Shown here: positions 1 through 14,900 of the stretch, in pieces | Layout: each line of letters starts with the position of its first letter | Position numbering within the stretch: the first letter of the stretch is position 1 | Assembly: GCA_033442325.1 (NCBI GenBank) | Contig: JAWQFM010000004.1 | Coordinates: forward strand, 1,488,363 to 1,552,362 | Length of the DNA stretch: 64,000 bases | Direction: 5' to 3' | Source of the DNA: Salpingoeca rosetta | Lineage: Eukaryota > Protista > Choanoflagellata | Notes under the pieces: model-generated | Database searches by the model: none | What the model was told of the DNA's origin: nothing | The model's input: the letters and a program-made list of their open reading frames with translations, nothing else | Made by a program: the position numbers and the translations under genes

Positions 1-1906
1 TCTTGCCGCTGCCGCGCCAATACCACTTGAGCCTGTCGTCTGCCACTTTTTGGCCTGGAGTGAACTTAGAGTAGGCGTCTTTGAAGTCTTTGTTGTTGAC
101 AGTGCCTTGGCCAAGGTAAGCGGCAAAGAACTCGCCACCAAGAAACTCCTTCATGCCCTTCTTTTCGAGCACGTCCTTCTCATATCGACTGAGTGATGGT
201 GCATGAGCCTCGCCCAAGAGGTCACGCCGGTCCTTCTCGGAAATGGAGTTTTTCATCAACTTCTCCAGCTTGGCAAACGTCAACTCGTTCACTGCATGCG
301 GGTCAGGTGGTGCCATATCGGCAAGCTCTTGCACTGACATGGGAAAATCGGCTGCAAGCAGAACAGCGTGGCGCACCCAGAGTGGCTTCCCCGCAAGCAT
401 TCTCGGCGGTGCACTTAAGGTTGACGGGTAAGCAGTCTGCTTCAGACGCAGAGTGTTCAGGGCGAGGGCGCTGTCAGTGGCTGCGTGAATGATATGGCCA
501 CACACCTCGATTTGCTCGGGCTTCTCTGTACTGTTGCGCCTGTGAAGCGTAGCGGTGCCCGAAACAGACTTGGCGTCACTGGAAATGGTGAGTTCAGCCT
601 CTTGCACGCCAATTTCTGTGAGTCTAGCGCTTTCATCCATGCTGAAAACCAAATGACCCTGGGGGTTGAGGCCGACAGTGCTGAGTTCCCCAGCCTTTCT
701 CAGCACCTCGTTCAGGTCGTCCTGCAAGTTGTTTCCACCAGAGTCAAGCGCGGCCTCTGGATAGTAGAGGAAACCGAAAGCCGCACCGTCTTGCAGCCCG
801 ATGTGCAGGTGCAATGGGACCTGGGAGAAGTCAGCTCCTTGAACTTCACACGGCAGTCTAATGTTGGTGGAGTAGTCGTTCTCCGCCGAGAGTTGGACCG
901 TGTGCACTGAGGAGAGCTGCTGCGACTCGGGGTCAACGGTTGCAATTGTGGCGTGGCCGGAGATACCATGTGGCCGCAACCGTGCCATCAGATAGCGGTT
1001 CTTTCCCGGCATTTTTGCAAGCACTGTTCCGTCATCCGTGAAATGGCAAGCCTCGGCTGCTTGGCCCCCAAAGCACACATTGCCCTCCGACAGTACCATG
1101 TGCATGTTGCTCGCGCCCAGCATCGGTGCGTGGGCAGTGGATGTCGGTGCTGTGGACACAAATGCATCACAATCGTGCAGCCGGAAGACGCTTGTGCTCG
1201 CGTGCATGTGACGGAAATGGGCGACATGGGTGCGGGCGTGGTGACGTGGGTTGTGGTGCGGCTTGGACCGAGCCATGCCGCTCGTGTGCGGCTCGCCACC
1301 AGTCATGCCCAGTGCTCCTCCGTGCTTCTCCAGCTTGTTGATTGTCTGCAGAATCTCTCGGCGATGGACTGCGGGCAAATGTGTAGATGTGTTTGCAATG
1401 TGGTCAAACCGAGCGCGTGTGATCTCGGGGTAGTTGAGGCCGGAGACGAAGCCACCAGCATGGTAGCTGCGATGCCCTTCGCGAAGGTGAAGGTCATACA
1501 TGATCACGGGCCTAACGGATGTGTCAGAGGCGAGGCCCTGCTGCTGCTGCTCGGGGTTTGGAACTGAGTTGCCATCGTCCTGCGTGGGTGAGGGTTGAAC
1601 TTGCTCCACGCGGACAACGACGACCACCTCGTACTCCACTTTCACCGCAGTGCCGTCCTCGTGTATGTCCATGCCTTTGGCGCGGAGTAGCTGGGTGCCT
1701 GGCGTGAGTTGCATGCAATGGGCGAAGTGGTTCTCGGCATTGGCTGTATCCGGAGACACAGCGACCAGGTTGCCGTGTGCACTACATTAATGACAACACG
1801 TGACAATGAACAGAGTAAACATGCGTACAGTACAACGGATGAGGTCCAGAGCGAAATGAGAAGAAGTATCCCCACCCTTTCAAGGCTATGGAGCGCAAGT
1901 ATACAC

Positions 1907-1982
<76 letters not shown>

Positions 1983-3718
1983 CTTAAACAACAACAACAG
2001 CAAGAAAAAACAACAACAACAACAACTTAAACAACAACGACAACAACAACTTAAAACAACAACAACAACAAGGTGTGCTCAGGGGTGAAAACTGGGCCTT
2101 CAATGATGGCTGATGCTTCGTCAGGTGTGTGGCGTTTGCTGAGCGGCACAGCTTCAAATGTGTAGAGCGGACCAGTGTAGCTGATGCAGATTTGCTCATC
2201 TGACACAACTGCAGAAAGCAAGATAAAGGCCAGGGAGATGAGAGAGAGAGAGAGGAGCCAGGAAGCCAAATGTCAGGAATTGCTGGCAAAGCAGGGTTGC
2301 TTTCTCGAGCCCGTGCACACACACACACACACACATGCGCACACACACACACAAGACTCTCAAGCGCACCACCAAGATGGCCGTCCTGGCATATGATGAC
2401 GTCGTCCTCTTGAACAGAAGCAATTGGCACTTGATGCACAGCCCCATGCTTGAAGATGGAAACTTGTGTGTTTGGCAAGAAGCAGCCGCCACTAATGGGC
2501 GACTCAGCACTTCGTAACTGTATGCGACCTTGCACGTGCCTTTCTTGTAGATACCGTCGAGCCCTGAGGCGTGGCTGTCCAGCCAGGACGCGGCACTTGC
2601 ACCCCACTTCTCCGTGACGTTGCAGGATGTTACAGGAACTGGGGTTGGGGCTGGAACGCAGTATTTGTGGGATGTTTTCTTCTTGCCAACGTTCTCCACA
2701 TCTTTTGACAGGGCCTTGTCTGCGCTGTCTATGAAAGTCGAGGGTGGATTAATCCACACGTGCTTGCCGTCAACCACGTCTAAGATGCCTGGTTCATAAA
2801 ACGGACAACCCAACCAGAAGCACAAATGTAGAGGCATGCAGAGGAGCGACTGTGAGGGATGGTGCATAACAACAGGCACTGCAACCAGCCAAGACAGAGG
2901 TGGAGACGGAGGGGATGGATATCATTGCACCTCATGAAACACTCCCAGACGACTCCTCAATGATGAAAGTCTCACCGACGTCTGGACCGGGTGTCGCGGA
3001 AGCCACAAGCTTGCGAAAGGTGTTCAGCTCAGTCTGCCCAAAGTACTCCTTGATCAAGACGGCCAAGACCTGCGCTGTGAGAACTCCGCCTTTTGCCTTT
3101 GCCTTTTCCACAACAATCATGTTCACAAATTCCTGATTCAAAATGGTGGACTTCCACGCGTCAATGTCCTTGGTCAGGCCATTTTCCTTGAGGTGCTTCT
3201 CAAACTTCTCGCGCACCAAGTTGATGAACCAACCATTCAGCACGTCGTTGTTCCTGCAGCCAGCATCACGCGCGATGACAACAAAGAGGGTACAGAAGCG
3301 AAGAAAAGTCAGTGTTGTGAATAAGCAAACTGCCACGTACAAACAGTGTGGCGGCGGTATTGAATGAGACAATAATCAAGCGGGGCTGCGCCACGCCAGG
3401 ACAAGAGCTCTTGTGCACTTACTTGTCAAGCCATGCAGATATTTTCTTTTTGGCACCATCAGCGTTGATGGCAGAGGAAAAGTTTGGAACACCATGATCC
3501 TGACTCGCCACCTTGCCCAGCAGCTTGGCGACCGTAATGATGGCGAGGCTGTCCACCTGTTTGTTTGGTTTGTTGGGGTTGCTGACTTTGCTGAAGAAGG
3601 TCGAGTGCACGGCTGGGGAACGCTTGATTTGATCGATCAACCAGGCGACAGCGTCTGGGGTAAATTCGAATGCAAGAGACACCGCCCACATGGGGGTGTT
3701 CTGTGGCGCCAGCGCCAT
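1..3718 (-). CDS. Large multi-exon protein with an internal Hint (intein/Hog-like) autoprocessing domain; 3' end beyond the window start
   Basis: Manual model: exons 3718-3423, 3253-2976, 2788-2536, 2491-2370, 2208-~2070 and 1781-<1. All junctions are GT-AG and in phase except the one inside the CAA repeat. Hint block A GG|CFLPNTQV..PIASVQEDDVI (Cys 2484-2482); block B FTPEH (2089-2075); C-terminal block YDLHLREGHRSYHAGGFVSGLN (1498-1433). The frame from 1780 to 1 has no stop, so the ORF track omits it. Confidence 0.75.
1908..2070. repeat. (CAA)n microsatellite with interruptions
   Basis: Direct inspection; lies just downstream (minus strand) of the TPEH codons. Confidence 0.95.
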
Positions 3719-4213
3719 CGCAAAACGAATGGAGACCGACCCGCAAACCGCAAATCCGGGAAAGCAAACACAACACAAGTGATTAGGGTGAGGATGCGAG
3801 AGGGAGCGGCGCGAAGGTCGAGGGGGAACGACACTGGCCAACAGCAATGCAGCAATGGAACGAGGGCGGGCAAGAAGAAAATAGTCCAAAGCAGTGCCAA
3901 CCATCAGAGAACACCTGACTGCTTGTTGTCGCTCGCACACCAGCTCGCTCATACGCCCCACACCTTGTCTTCCTCAGAAATTGAGGTTGCCATGATCTCT
4001 TTGTCTCGTGAGGGCTTGATCCCTTGTAGGGGTGTCGTCGTTTGAAGGTGCTGATGCTGGAGCGCACTGCAGGCTTCCTTGTTATTGCTCTTCCTGTGCT
4101 TCGAGGGAGTGCAATCTGCTGATCAAGAGCGTGTTCTGCGGCTGCATGGTTGAAGAAAATGACAAACCGCGCGCACCACGCATTCGCATTCAGCCTGTGG
4201 GAAACTGCGTGAC

Positions 4214-5050
4214 TACGAGGTACCCCAAAACGGGGGCCCAAAACGGGAAAGTGCCTAAGGGCGACCAACGTGTGCAATGCTCGCTGGGCAACCACCCCAA
4301 AACGGAAAGGGAAAACTTTTCTCGCCCTCTCAAAGATTACCCCAAAGACCACGCGCAAACGCTCAATGCTACATAATTTGATTGCCCGGAAGACTGCTTA
4401 TGACGGTGATGGGTCTTACTACTCTCATATCTGCCGTTGTGTTGAGGATCATGGCGTCAAAAGGCATGCATCCGATAGCCCCGCTCAACGGGCTATCGAA
4501 TGTTGCCAATTTGACTCGCTTTGAGCGAAGCATTGCTGTGTAACAGGCTCATCTTTGAAGGTGTGTCTGCCACCCCATATGAAGCGTGGTGCGCAGCGCA
4601 CGCCTCATCCTGGGCTTTCTCCATGGCGTTGACCATAGCAGCGGTGCTTGTCACGTTCATGAGCACAAAGAAGATGACGTTGTTTGGTGTGCTAGAACCA
4701 ACAGGAAAGCCCAAAACGTGATTTTGTGTGTTCATGTTCTTGTCATAATGCCTTGTTAAACTCAGTGGAATACACATGGCATTTCTGGTTGAACTTTATT
4801 TCGCTTGATCAGAGCATCCAAGGTTTTGCAGATCGCTCAGACAAGCTTCTGTGCACGATGTCAACACCTTCTCCCCGTTGCATCTCGCTGTTTACTCGTC
4901 GTGCAATGGCGCAAACAAAACACAGAAAAAAAAAAGAAGAAGAAAGAAAAGGCATACGCCAACAAGAGCGCACATCGCGCCCTTGTTGGCGTTGTATTTG
5001 CAGGGTACACGCAAGCAAAGGTTGCTCGTCAACTTGGCATGCCTTCATCT

Positions 5051-5080
<30 letters not shown>
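4214..5080 (+). mobile_element. Probable truncated Tc1/mariner-type DNA transposon remnant
   Basis: TA-CGAGGTACCCC terminus-like sequence at 4214, three CCCAAAACGG copies (~4224, ~4237, ~4296), and an HTH-like peptide GYTQAKVARQLGMPSSSTV at ~5003-5060. No DDE domain or second TIR was seen. Confidence 0.35.
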
Positions 5081-7140
<2,060 letters not shown>

Positions 7141-8127
7141 AGCAGTACTGGAGGTGCAGCAGTGGTTCGCAATGGTGATGCTTCAGTCGCTGCTGCTTCA
7201 GTCGTTGGTGTTGATGACGGTGGCGAAGAGGACGATGATCAGGACGATGGTGATGCCATCAAGTAGGTCCGCGACAGAAGGGGTGCCCCTGAACGGCCGT
7301 GGCGCTGTCGCTGCAGCCGTCGCAGACATGAGGAAACGGCGGCACCGTGTTCGGAAAGGAAGGTGGACAAGCCCTACTGCTGCCGCTGCTTCTGCTGCCA
7401 TCACGGCTGTTGTTGCTGTCGTTGCCGGTGCTGCAGATGAGGTCGACATGTTCTGGCGTCTGCACTGCAACCCCGCAGCAGCGGCCGCAATGTGCTTGTG
7501 ATGGTTGGTGTCGTTGACAATGTCGGCATCATGGCATGCGTCAGGGACGGTGGCGCTGCTGGCCCATGTACAGGCGCAGGCAATGCTGGTTGGAATGGGC
7601 GTGATGCCGCTCCCATATACTGGTTGCAGCAGTGCCGCCGCATTCATTGTGGTGGCGTTGTTGTGATTGCTGTGGATGCACACCCTCTCTGCCATATCCT
7701 CTGCTTCGTGCACGAGCTCTTTGCCCTCCTCAACCACTTCAGCCACGCTCATCCCCAGTCTGCTCTCCTGCGAGCGCCCACGCTGTATGACTGCAGGTGG
7801 TGGTGGTGGCAATGTCACATGTGTGCGTTTGTGTGCGTGTGCATGAGTGTGCGCGGCATGAGCGTGCGCATGCGTGTGGTTGAGGAGGAATAAAAGTGAT
7901 GAACAGGGACGTGACTGCAGCCGGCTTACATTGTGTGCGCATGGAGGTCGAGCGTCGAGCAGGTGCTTGCATGAGAGTCGGGGAGGGGGGTAGTTCTTGC
8001 GGCAGATGCTTCCTGATATGGTAGCAGCAGGGTGGTGGGGAAAGGTGGTGAGATCGGATTCGAAGGCAGTGGTTGGTGGGAGCATTTAGTAGAGTGAGTA
8101 GAGGGTATTGCATACACACACCGTCTT

Positions 8128-8164
<37 letters not shown>

Positions 8165-9289
8165 TTGCCGTTACCTTTCCCTGCCTGCTCCTTCTTCATG
8201 TGCAAACTCTCAAAGCAACAGCAGCACGCTGAACACGTTCAGCACTTGTGTCATCTTCGTGTACCGCCATGTGTGCGATACAAAGAGCACGGTTCCATTG
8301 CCCACTGCATCGTGGAGTGGCTGCCACTGCTTGTGCAACAGATCAATAATACACGCGCAGCAGCTGTCCCTCTTCTATTGTTGCACCACAACGACGAGGT
8401 GCTTGCTGGCTTGCTGGCTGGCGTGTTCGCGAGGAAGGTCTTCTTTGTGATCGCATCCACAAACCATCCAACCACGAAGTGTGCTTGCTTGCTTGCTCCT
8501 TTTGCTTTCTGTCCTTTGCTTCTTGTTGGCGAAAAGTGGCGCTCACACCAACAAAACGCACCGCGCTGTTTGCTTCCTTCTTTTGCTTGCCATGTTGACA
8601 GAAAAGGAAAATCCTTGCGTTTCTGGCAACACCTGCCACCTGATTTGGAAGTACTTTCCCCTTCCTGCAGCACAAAGAAAACGAAAACAATACACAATAC
8701 ACACAACAGTTATTGTTGTTGTGTTGTCGCACCACACACTCCACTGCCGCAACAAGTCAGCCAGTGCTTGCTCGCTCTGTTTGGACGAATGTGGACGCCA
8801 TCTGAGCTCTTCTTCGCCTTCTTTCTCGTTTGCGACACTGATGGCTCTTGCCACAGACACATACAGGTGCACCACGGTGGTGGCGGGACCATGTGTTGTG
8901 CAAGAGAAAGCGTGGCGGTTGTTGGGGAGGATCAAAGTTGTGATTGACACAAGAAGGTCGGCACCTTCCCTTCCACATCAACGCATCAACACCAGTCATC
9001 CATCCCACTGATGGACGCAAGTCAGCCAACGGGCATGGTGGACGTGAACGGTGTGCTTGCACCAGTGCAGCAGAGAATGGAGCACAGTGCTGCAGGAGCA
9101 CCCATCAGCCAATGGCGAGGACGCCTCTTAGACACAGCGCACCATCGTGTGACACGTTGAAGCGGCAAGCTACGTGCATGAAATCAGCCAACCACAGGAG
9201 ATACGGCAACGTGGCATGGGTGGTGTCGTGCCCAACCCCAACAACAACAACAACAACAACAACACCAACAGCAACAACCACTTGATCTG

Positions 9290-9836
9290 TGCGCAGAGAC
9301 GTGCATCTGTGCCCATCATCGATCCCTTCCATGCACCCCTGTTCGACGCAGCGACCACAGTTCCAGCGAGCAGCGGCCTTATCTTCATGCTGAATCATCA
9401 TCCCTTGTTTCAAACAAGGACAATGCCTTCATCAGCGACTGCGACACTGTATCCACTATCCTCGATTGATCCAAGGACCACCAACACAGCTGTCTGATGA
9501 GGCACGCCAGCTGGAAACGGCATCATCCACTACTGCTGCATTCCACGGAACACATTCTCTGGCACTCGTGGTGAGGGAGGCGACCTCACAGGCAGGCAAC
9601 GACCTCAGCTACAATGTCCCAGCCAGCAGATCACTCGACGACGCCTCCTGATGCTTGCCATCGACACAGCTCCACACGCAGCGATTACAGTACAGTGGGC
9701 TGGCGACGTGCTTGCGTCAAACGGCAGCATCAACCACCAACATCAGGAGGCGTGCTTGCTTGCTGTGGATGGCCTTGTCCACTGCATTCCTAATGCCAAC
9801 GCCGGGTCTGTGCTCGTCATCGACCCAGTGTGCTGA
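9290..9836 (+). pseudogene. Degenerate beta-propeller-type repeat gene fragment (W-x-G-x-VLA-x-NG / IP-x-x-A-x-SVL-x-IDP repeats)
   Basis: QWAGDVLASNGSI, LLAVDGLVHCIPNANAGSVLVIDP, ASVPIIDP and LSSIDP occur in short frames broken by stops. Confidence 0.45.
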
Positions 9837-10560
9837 TGTGAAGACACGTTATGCGTGTGTTTGTACGCTTGTCTTCTTCTCTACTTGTGTGTCTGCTTAC
9901 CTGCTCGCCTTGGATCTTCTTCGTGGGCTGTGTTGCAGCGCCCTTCTGTTTCTTCTTCCACCACTATGTTCTGTCTCCCTTCCCTCCTCCCTACTAGCCT
10001 CCCTGCAGCCACTTTGTGCGCACCCACTGCTGCTGTTACTTCACCCCATTCTTGCTTCTGTCCCATGTCATCCTTTCCCTTCTCCTTTTCACCTGGTACG
10101 TTCCTTGTTCGTGCTCGTCACCCTTGCCGCGTGTACTCCTTCCATGTTGCCGTGGCTCAAACCAACACAGTGAACCTGCAGCGTTTGCGATCATGTTGTG
10201 CACTTGCTCCTCATAGTGTGATGGAAATCCACGACATCTTGTGCAACTACTACTTCAGAGCTTGCCCCTCATCGTGAAGATCCCTTGCGTTAGGTGCTGA
10301 GCACTCACAGTGTCGCGAAGAAGGAGAGAGTCTTCTATCTTGTCTTCTTGTGGGTGGCCTCCATGATGAGCACAAACAAGAGCAAGCTGCGCCTCACCCC
10401 CAACTGGATCGACATAGTCACTCCATCAACCAACGCTCATGCGAGCTGTTGCTGCGGTTGTGTATTGCCGCCACCTTGTGAACACCGCACGAAAAGATGG
10501 AACGGAACAACAGCGCAAGAATCAATGAAACTTGCAGGACATGCGCAATACGAGCACGTA

Positions 10561-10635
<75 letters not shown>

Positions 10636-11526
10636 TCGCACACACACACTCGCACACACACGCTGGAATCGGCCTTGATGCACTTGCCGAGGCCCCTGCA
10701 GTCAAGCTGGGTGAGGTCCGTGTCCGTGACATCAAGGTATCCAGAAACGGTGGTGAGGGCTCCAAAGTTGATGGTGTTGAGGAGGCTGTTTGTGCTGCAG
10801 TCCAAGTAGCCGTCAATGCGGACGAGGGCAGAGCCAAAGTCGATGGAATCAAAGTTGTTGCTGCTGAGGTCCAAGTAGCCGCCCACGTGTGTGAGCTTGG
10901 GAAAGGTTACATTGCCGAGCTCGTTGAAGCTGAGGTCCAGGAAGCCGCCGATGTGAGCGAGGTTCTTGGAGTCAAAGGTGTCGAGCGAGTTCAACCCAAT
11001 GTTCAGGCTGCCGCCCACGGTCGTGAGCTTGGCCATGTTGACGGTGTCAAACATACACCCGCCCAGGTTCAGGTCGCCGCCAACGCTGGTCAGGTTGTGC
11101 AGGTGGAGGGTGTCCGCGATGGTCCAGGCGAGATCAACGGAACCCGTGACGCTGGTGAGCGATCCAAAGTCAACGCTGCCGATCGAGTTGTCAGTGAGGT
11201 TCAGGGATCCACCAATGGACGTCAGTGGCGTGAGGTCGATGTTGGTTATTGAGATTGGCAGGTTGTACCTGTGCAACTCTTGCGACTCTCGCTGAACCGC
11301 CCTTCAACGTTGAGGCCAGTTGTAGCTGAGGTCGATATTGCCACCAACAGACGCAACGCTGCCAAAGTCGAGCGTTGTCAGGTTGAGGTTGCGGCTCAGC
11401 ACCACGTCGCCGCCCACCATGGAGACGTTTCCAAAGTTGGCGGTTGAAATGGCGCCGTGCTTGAAGCTGCCGCGGGCAACGACCGAGCCGTTGACGGTGG
11501 TAATGCTGCCAAAGCACAAGGCCGAC

Positions 11527-11899
11527 TGTTGTGATGTGACTGGTCTGTGTGTGTGTAAGAGTGTTTGACTGGGACTTAGAGTAGGGTCTTGCTGTATACT
11601 GTGCGGGAGACGTAGTCGCAAGTAAAGAAGGCAGGGTAATAGGATGGGGCGATGAGATAAGTGGAGTGATAAGATAAGTGACAACAATCAAGCAAGGAAA
11701 GTAGAGACAGGCACAAGGTCAAGAGAGACGAGCAAGGGGGTCGGATCTTGGGTGTTGGTGTCCTTGGTGAGGAGTGGTAGTTCCGTTCTGTTGTGTGGTT
11801 CGGAATCTGTGTTGGTCCTGAATTCCGGGAGGACTATGCCTTGACACTCCTTCACGACACTTAAGTTCAGGATTTGTATTGTAGTGCTGTCTCACTACA
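11527..11899 (-). repeat. 3' LTR (LTR-A, 373 bp)
   Basis: TGTTGTGATG...CTCACTACA; appears identical to LTR-C. Confidence 0.95.
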
Positions 11900-11910
11900 C
11901 TCTCCCCGCC
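11900..11910 (-). other. Polypurine tract
   Basis: GGCGGGGAGAG on the minus strand directly 5' of the 3' LTR. Confidence 0.85.
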
Positions 11911-11918
11911 ATCAGGGC

Positions 11919-14900
11919 TTAACGCTTTGAGGTCTTTGACCTTATGTGTCGAGCGTTGCTCTTCTGAGACCTGCGTTTGAGAGAGCGCTCTTTGGCAGCA
12001 TCTGCTTTGGCAGTCTGAAGTTGATATTCAGCCAATAAGCGTTTGCATCGTGAGCCAATCATGTCTTTGGCCTGAACGTATGTCGCTTCATATTCCGGAT
12101 AGCCGAGCCACTTTACTAGGTACTCGAGTCTACCGCGATGCTTTCTGTGGCGCAGGATTCGTTCCATTGCGTACACATCATCGCTGAACCCTTGCAAAGG
12201 ACCTGGTCGATGCACAGATCGGGTGCCTTTCGTTCTCTTCAGGAACTTGATGTTGATGACATCGTGTATGCGCACTTTCAATGGTGAGAAGTCCACGCGA
12301 TAATGCGCTGGACCGAGAACGTTCTTAATCTTGAACGGACCATCGTATGGTGGTGTGAGTTTGTTTGAGCGGTACTTCGCATCTTCATTTCGTAATAAGT
12401 GTGTGCTAACATACACTTCGTCTCCCTCCCTGAAGGGGGGTTCAATGTGTTCTGATGACGAAGCCTTGTCAAAGTGCTGTTGCAAGTTGGAGGATGCTTC
12501 ATGCTGTATCTTTGCCAACCGATCCATGAGCTCGTCTGGGAGCACAGGGCTTTGCCCTGACAAGCGAGCAGGCAGTCCAATCTGTCTTGGAATCCGGCCG
12601 TTGCAAACCTCGAAGGGTGCCATCTTTGTGGAGGCGGCGGGTGATGAGTTGATAGCAAACTCAATCGTAGGTAGGTAATCAACCCATGCACTTTGATTCG
12701 ACTTTGCGTATGAGCGGAGCATATTCCCAACGACTCTGTTGACTCTTTCGGTCTGTCCGTCGGTCTGAGCGTGGGCCGCTGTTGACATTTTCATTTGCAC
12801 GCTGAACTTGTGCATGACTTTCCTGAACAGAGCTGCGGTGAACCGCGGATCCCTGTCGGAGATGAGGACTTCGGGGAGTCCGTGTAACTTGTACACATGT
12901 TGAATGAATAGTGAAATACAACCCTGGGCATCGACAGTGCTGGACGTAGGGGCCAAATGGACCATTTTGGAATACTTGTCTACGAACACGTAGATAGCGT
13001 CGTGTCCTTGAGATGTAGTTGGTAGTCCAACCATCAAGTCCATTGTGACTGTGTGCCACGGGTATGGTGCCACCGGCAAGGCTTGGGTGGGGACCTTGAG
13101 TCTACGACCACTCTTTGCCGTTGCGCATGTGTGACAAGTGTCAACGTACTCTCGAATCGCACTGTGCATCCCCGGCCAATAGAATTCGCGCGCAGCGCGG
13201 GCCTGAGACTTGGAAACACCTTGATGTCCACTGCTCAGCCCATCATGCGCCATGGCCATTACGCTTCTATGACTGGAAGATGGCACGCAGATGCGGTTCT
13301 TGTGATAGAGTAGGTCGCCAACACGTTTGTACTGTGGAAAGGACGCGAGGTCGTGAATGATCTTCTCCCAGAAAGGGTCTTTGAGGTAGTCAGACCAGCG
13401 GATGTTGACTGTTTCGTCTTCAAGCAGCTCCCTGACCATGCAGGTGCGAGAGAGTGCATCCGCAACGACGTTTTTGTCGCCTGGAATGTACTTGAAAGTA
13501 ACGTTGAAGTCTGAGAGGAAGAGCGACCATCGCTGAATGCGGGCTTCCTGTATCTTGTTCTGTGCCAACACTCGCTCGAGCGACTTGTGGTCGGTGTAAA
13601 CAGTGATGGGGCGACCGATACAAAGGTAACGCCAATGTTGCAGAGCTTTGATGACGGCATACAGCTCCTTCTGCCTGATTGGCCAGTTTCGCTCATGCAC
13701 TGAAAGGGTGCTGGAGTAGAACTCAATGGGGCGACCCTTGTGCTGGAGAACAGCGCCGACTGCTTTGTCGGAGGAGTCTGTAAACAGATCCAGTGGCTCT
13801 GTAGGATCAAGGTCGAGCGTGGGACACAACGTGGGCAACTTGGCCATGGTGGCCTTGAGATTGTTGAAGATTCGCGAGTCATCCTGCGTCCAGTTTGACA
13901 GTCGCTTCTTCGAGTTTTTCTTTGTGCCACTTGTGTGTCTGAACAATGGTTGCACATAGTCGGAGTAATTGCGAATGTATTTCTTGTAGTAGTTTGCAGC
14001 GCCAAGAAACTGTCGCAAATCGTGAGCAGTCTTGGGCAGTGGCCAGTGAAGAACTGGGTCGAGTTGTTTCTCAATGGGGCGGTGCCCTTCTTCTGAAAGG
14101 GTGTGACCAAGCCATTCCACGGAATTTGTCACGAAATCGCATTTTGCTTTGTTCAAGTGCAAATGACTTTGCTTGAGCGTTTTCAAAACGTCTTCAACAA
14201 TTTGGAGATGATTATCATCCCATTTGAGAGTGATGAGATGTCATCCAAGTAACAGGAGACGTTTTCGGAGGGAAGATTTTTCAAATGTGATCCATGATGC
14301 GTTGGTATTGGGCAGGAGCGTTTGNNNNNNNNNNNNNNNNNNNNNNNNNNNNNNNNNNNNNNNNNNNNNNNNNNNNNNNNNNNNNNNNNNNNNNNNNNNN
14401 NNNNNNNNNNNNNNNNNNNNNNNNATGCTGTCAGCTCTCGTGCTTTTGGTTTGAGTCTCACTTGGTGATATGCGGATTTAAGATCAAGTGATGTAAACAG
14501 AGAATGTCCAGATGCTTTTGTAATGAGTTCGGACAGCAGGGGCAAAGGGTATCTGTTAGGGATCGTTAATGCATTCAATGCACGGTAGTCCACACACATC
14601 CTCAAGTTCTTGTCCTTTTTAACCACAAATAGTACAGGAGAAACCCAAGATGAAGTGGACGGTTGGATCCACCCCTTGTCCAAGAGGTCCTTGACCGTTT
14701 CCTGCATTGTGGTGAACTCATGTGAGCTCAGGCGATAGCACCGTGACTTGGGGGGCATCGCATTAGTGACAAGTGGGATATCCACATCCAACTCTCCTCG
14801 AGAGGGAGGCATACAAGTCAAATCCAAAAACACAGGTGCATACTTTGTGCATAAACTGTGTACATCTACTTGGCTAGACTTACATTTGCGCGAAATCGTG

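Noticed and set aside
485-1567. Plus-strand ORFs 485..910 and 953..1567
   Set aside because: Antisense shadows in register with the long minus-strand Hint-gene exon
11304-11306. In-frame TGA as selenocysteine or read-through
   Set aside because: Not at a Cys-like conserved position, no SECIS recognised, and the gene is also broken by the retroelement
14183-14325. Apparent programmed frameshift between the two pol ORFs
   Set aside because: It falls inside RT beside an N gap with several small frame breaks; low-quality contig end is more likely
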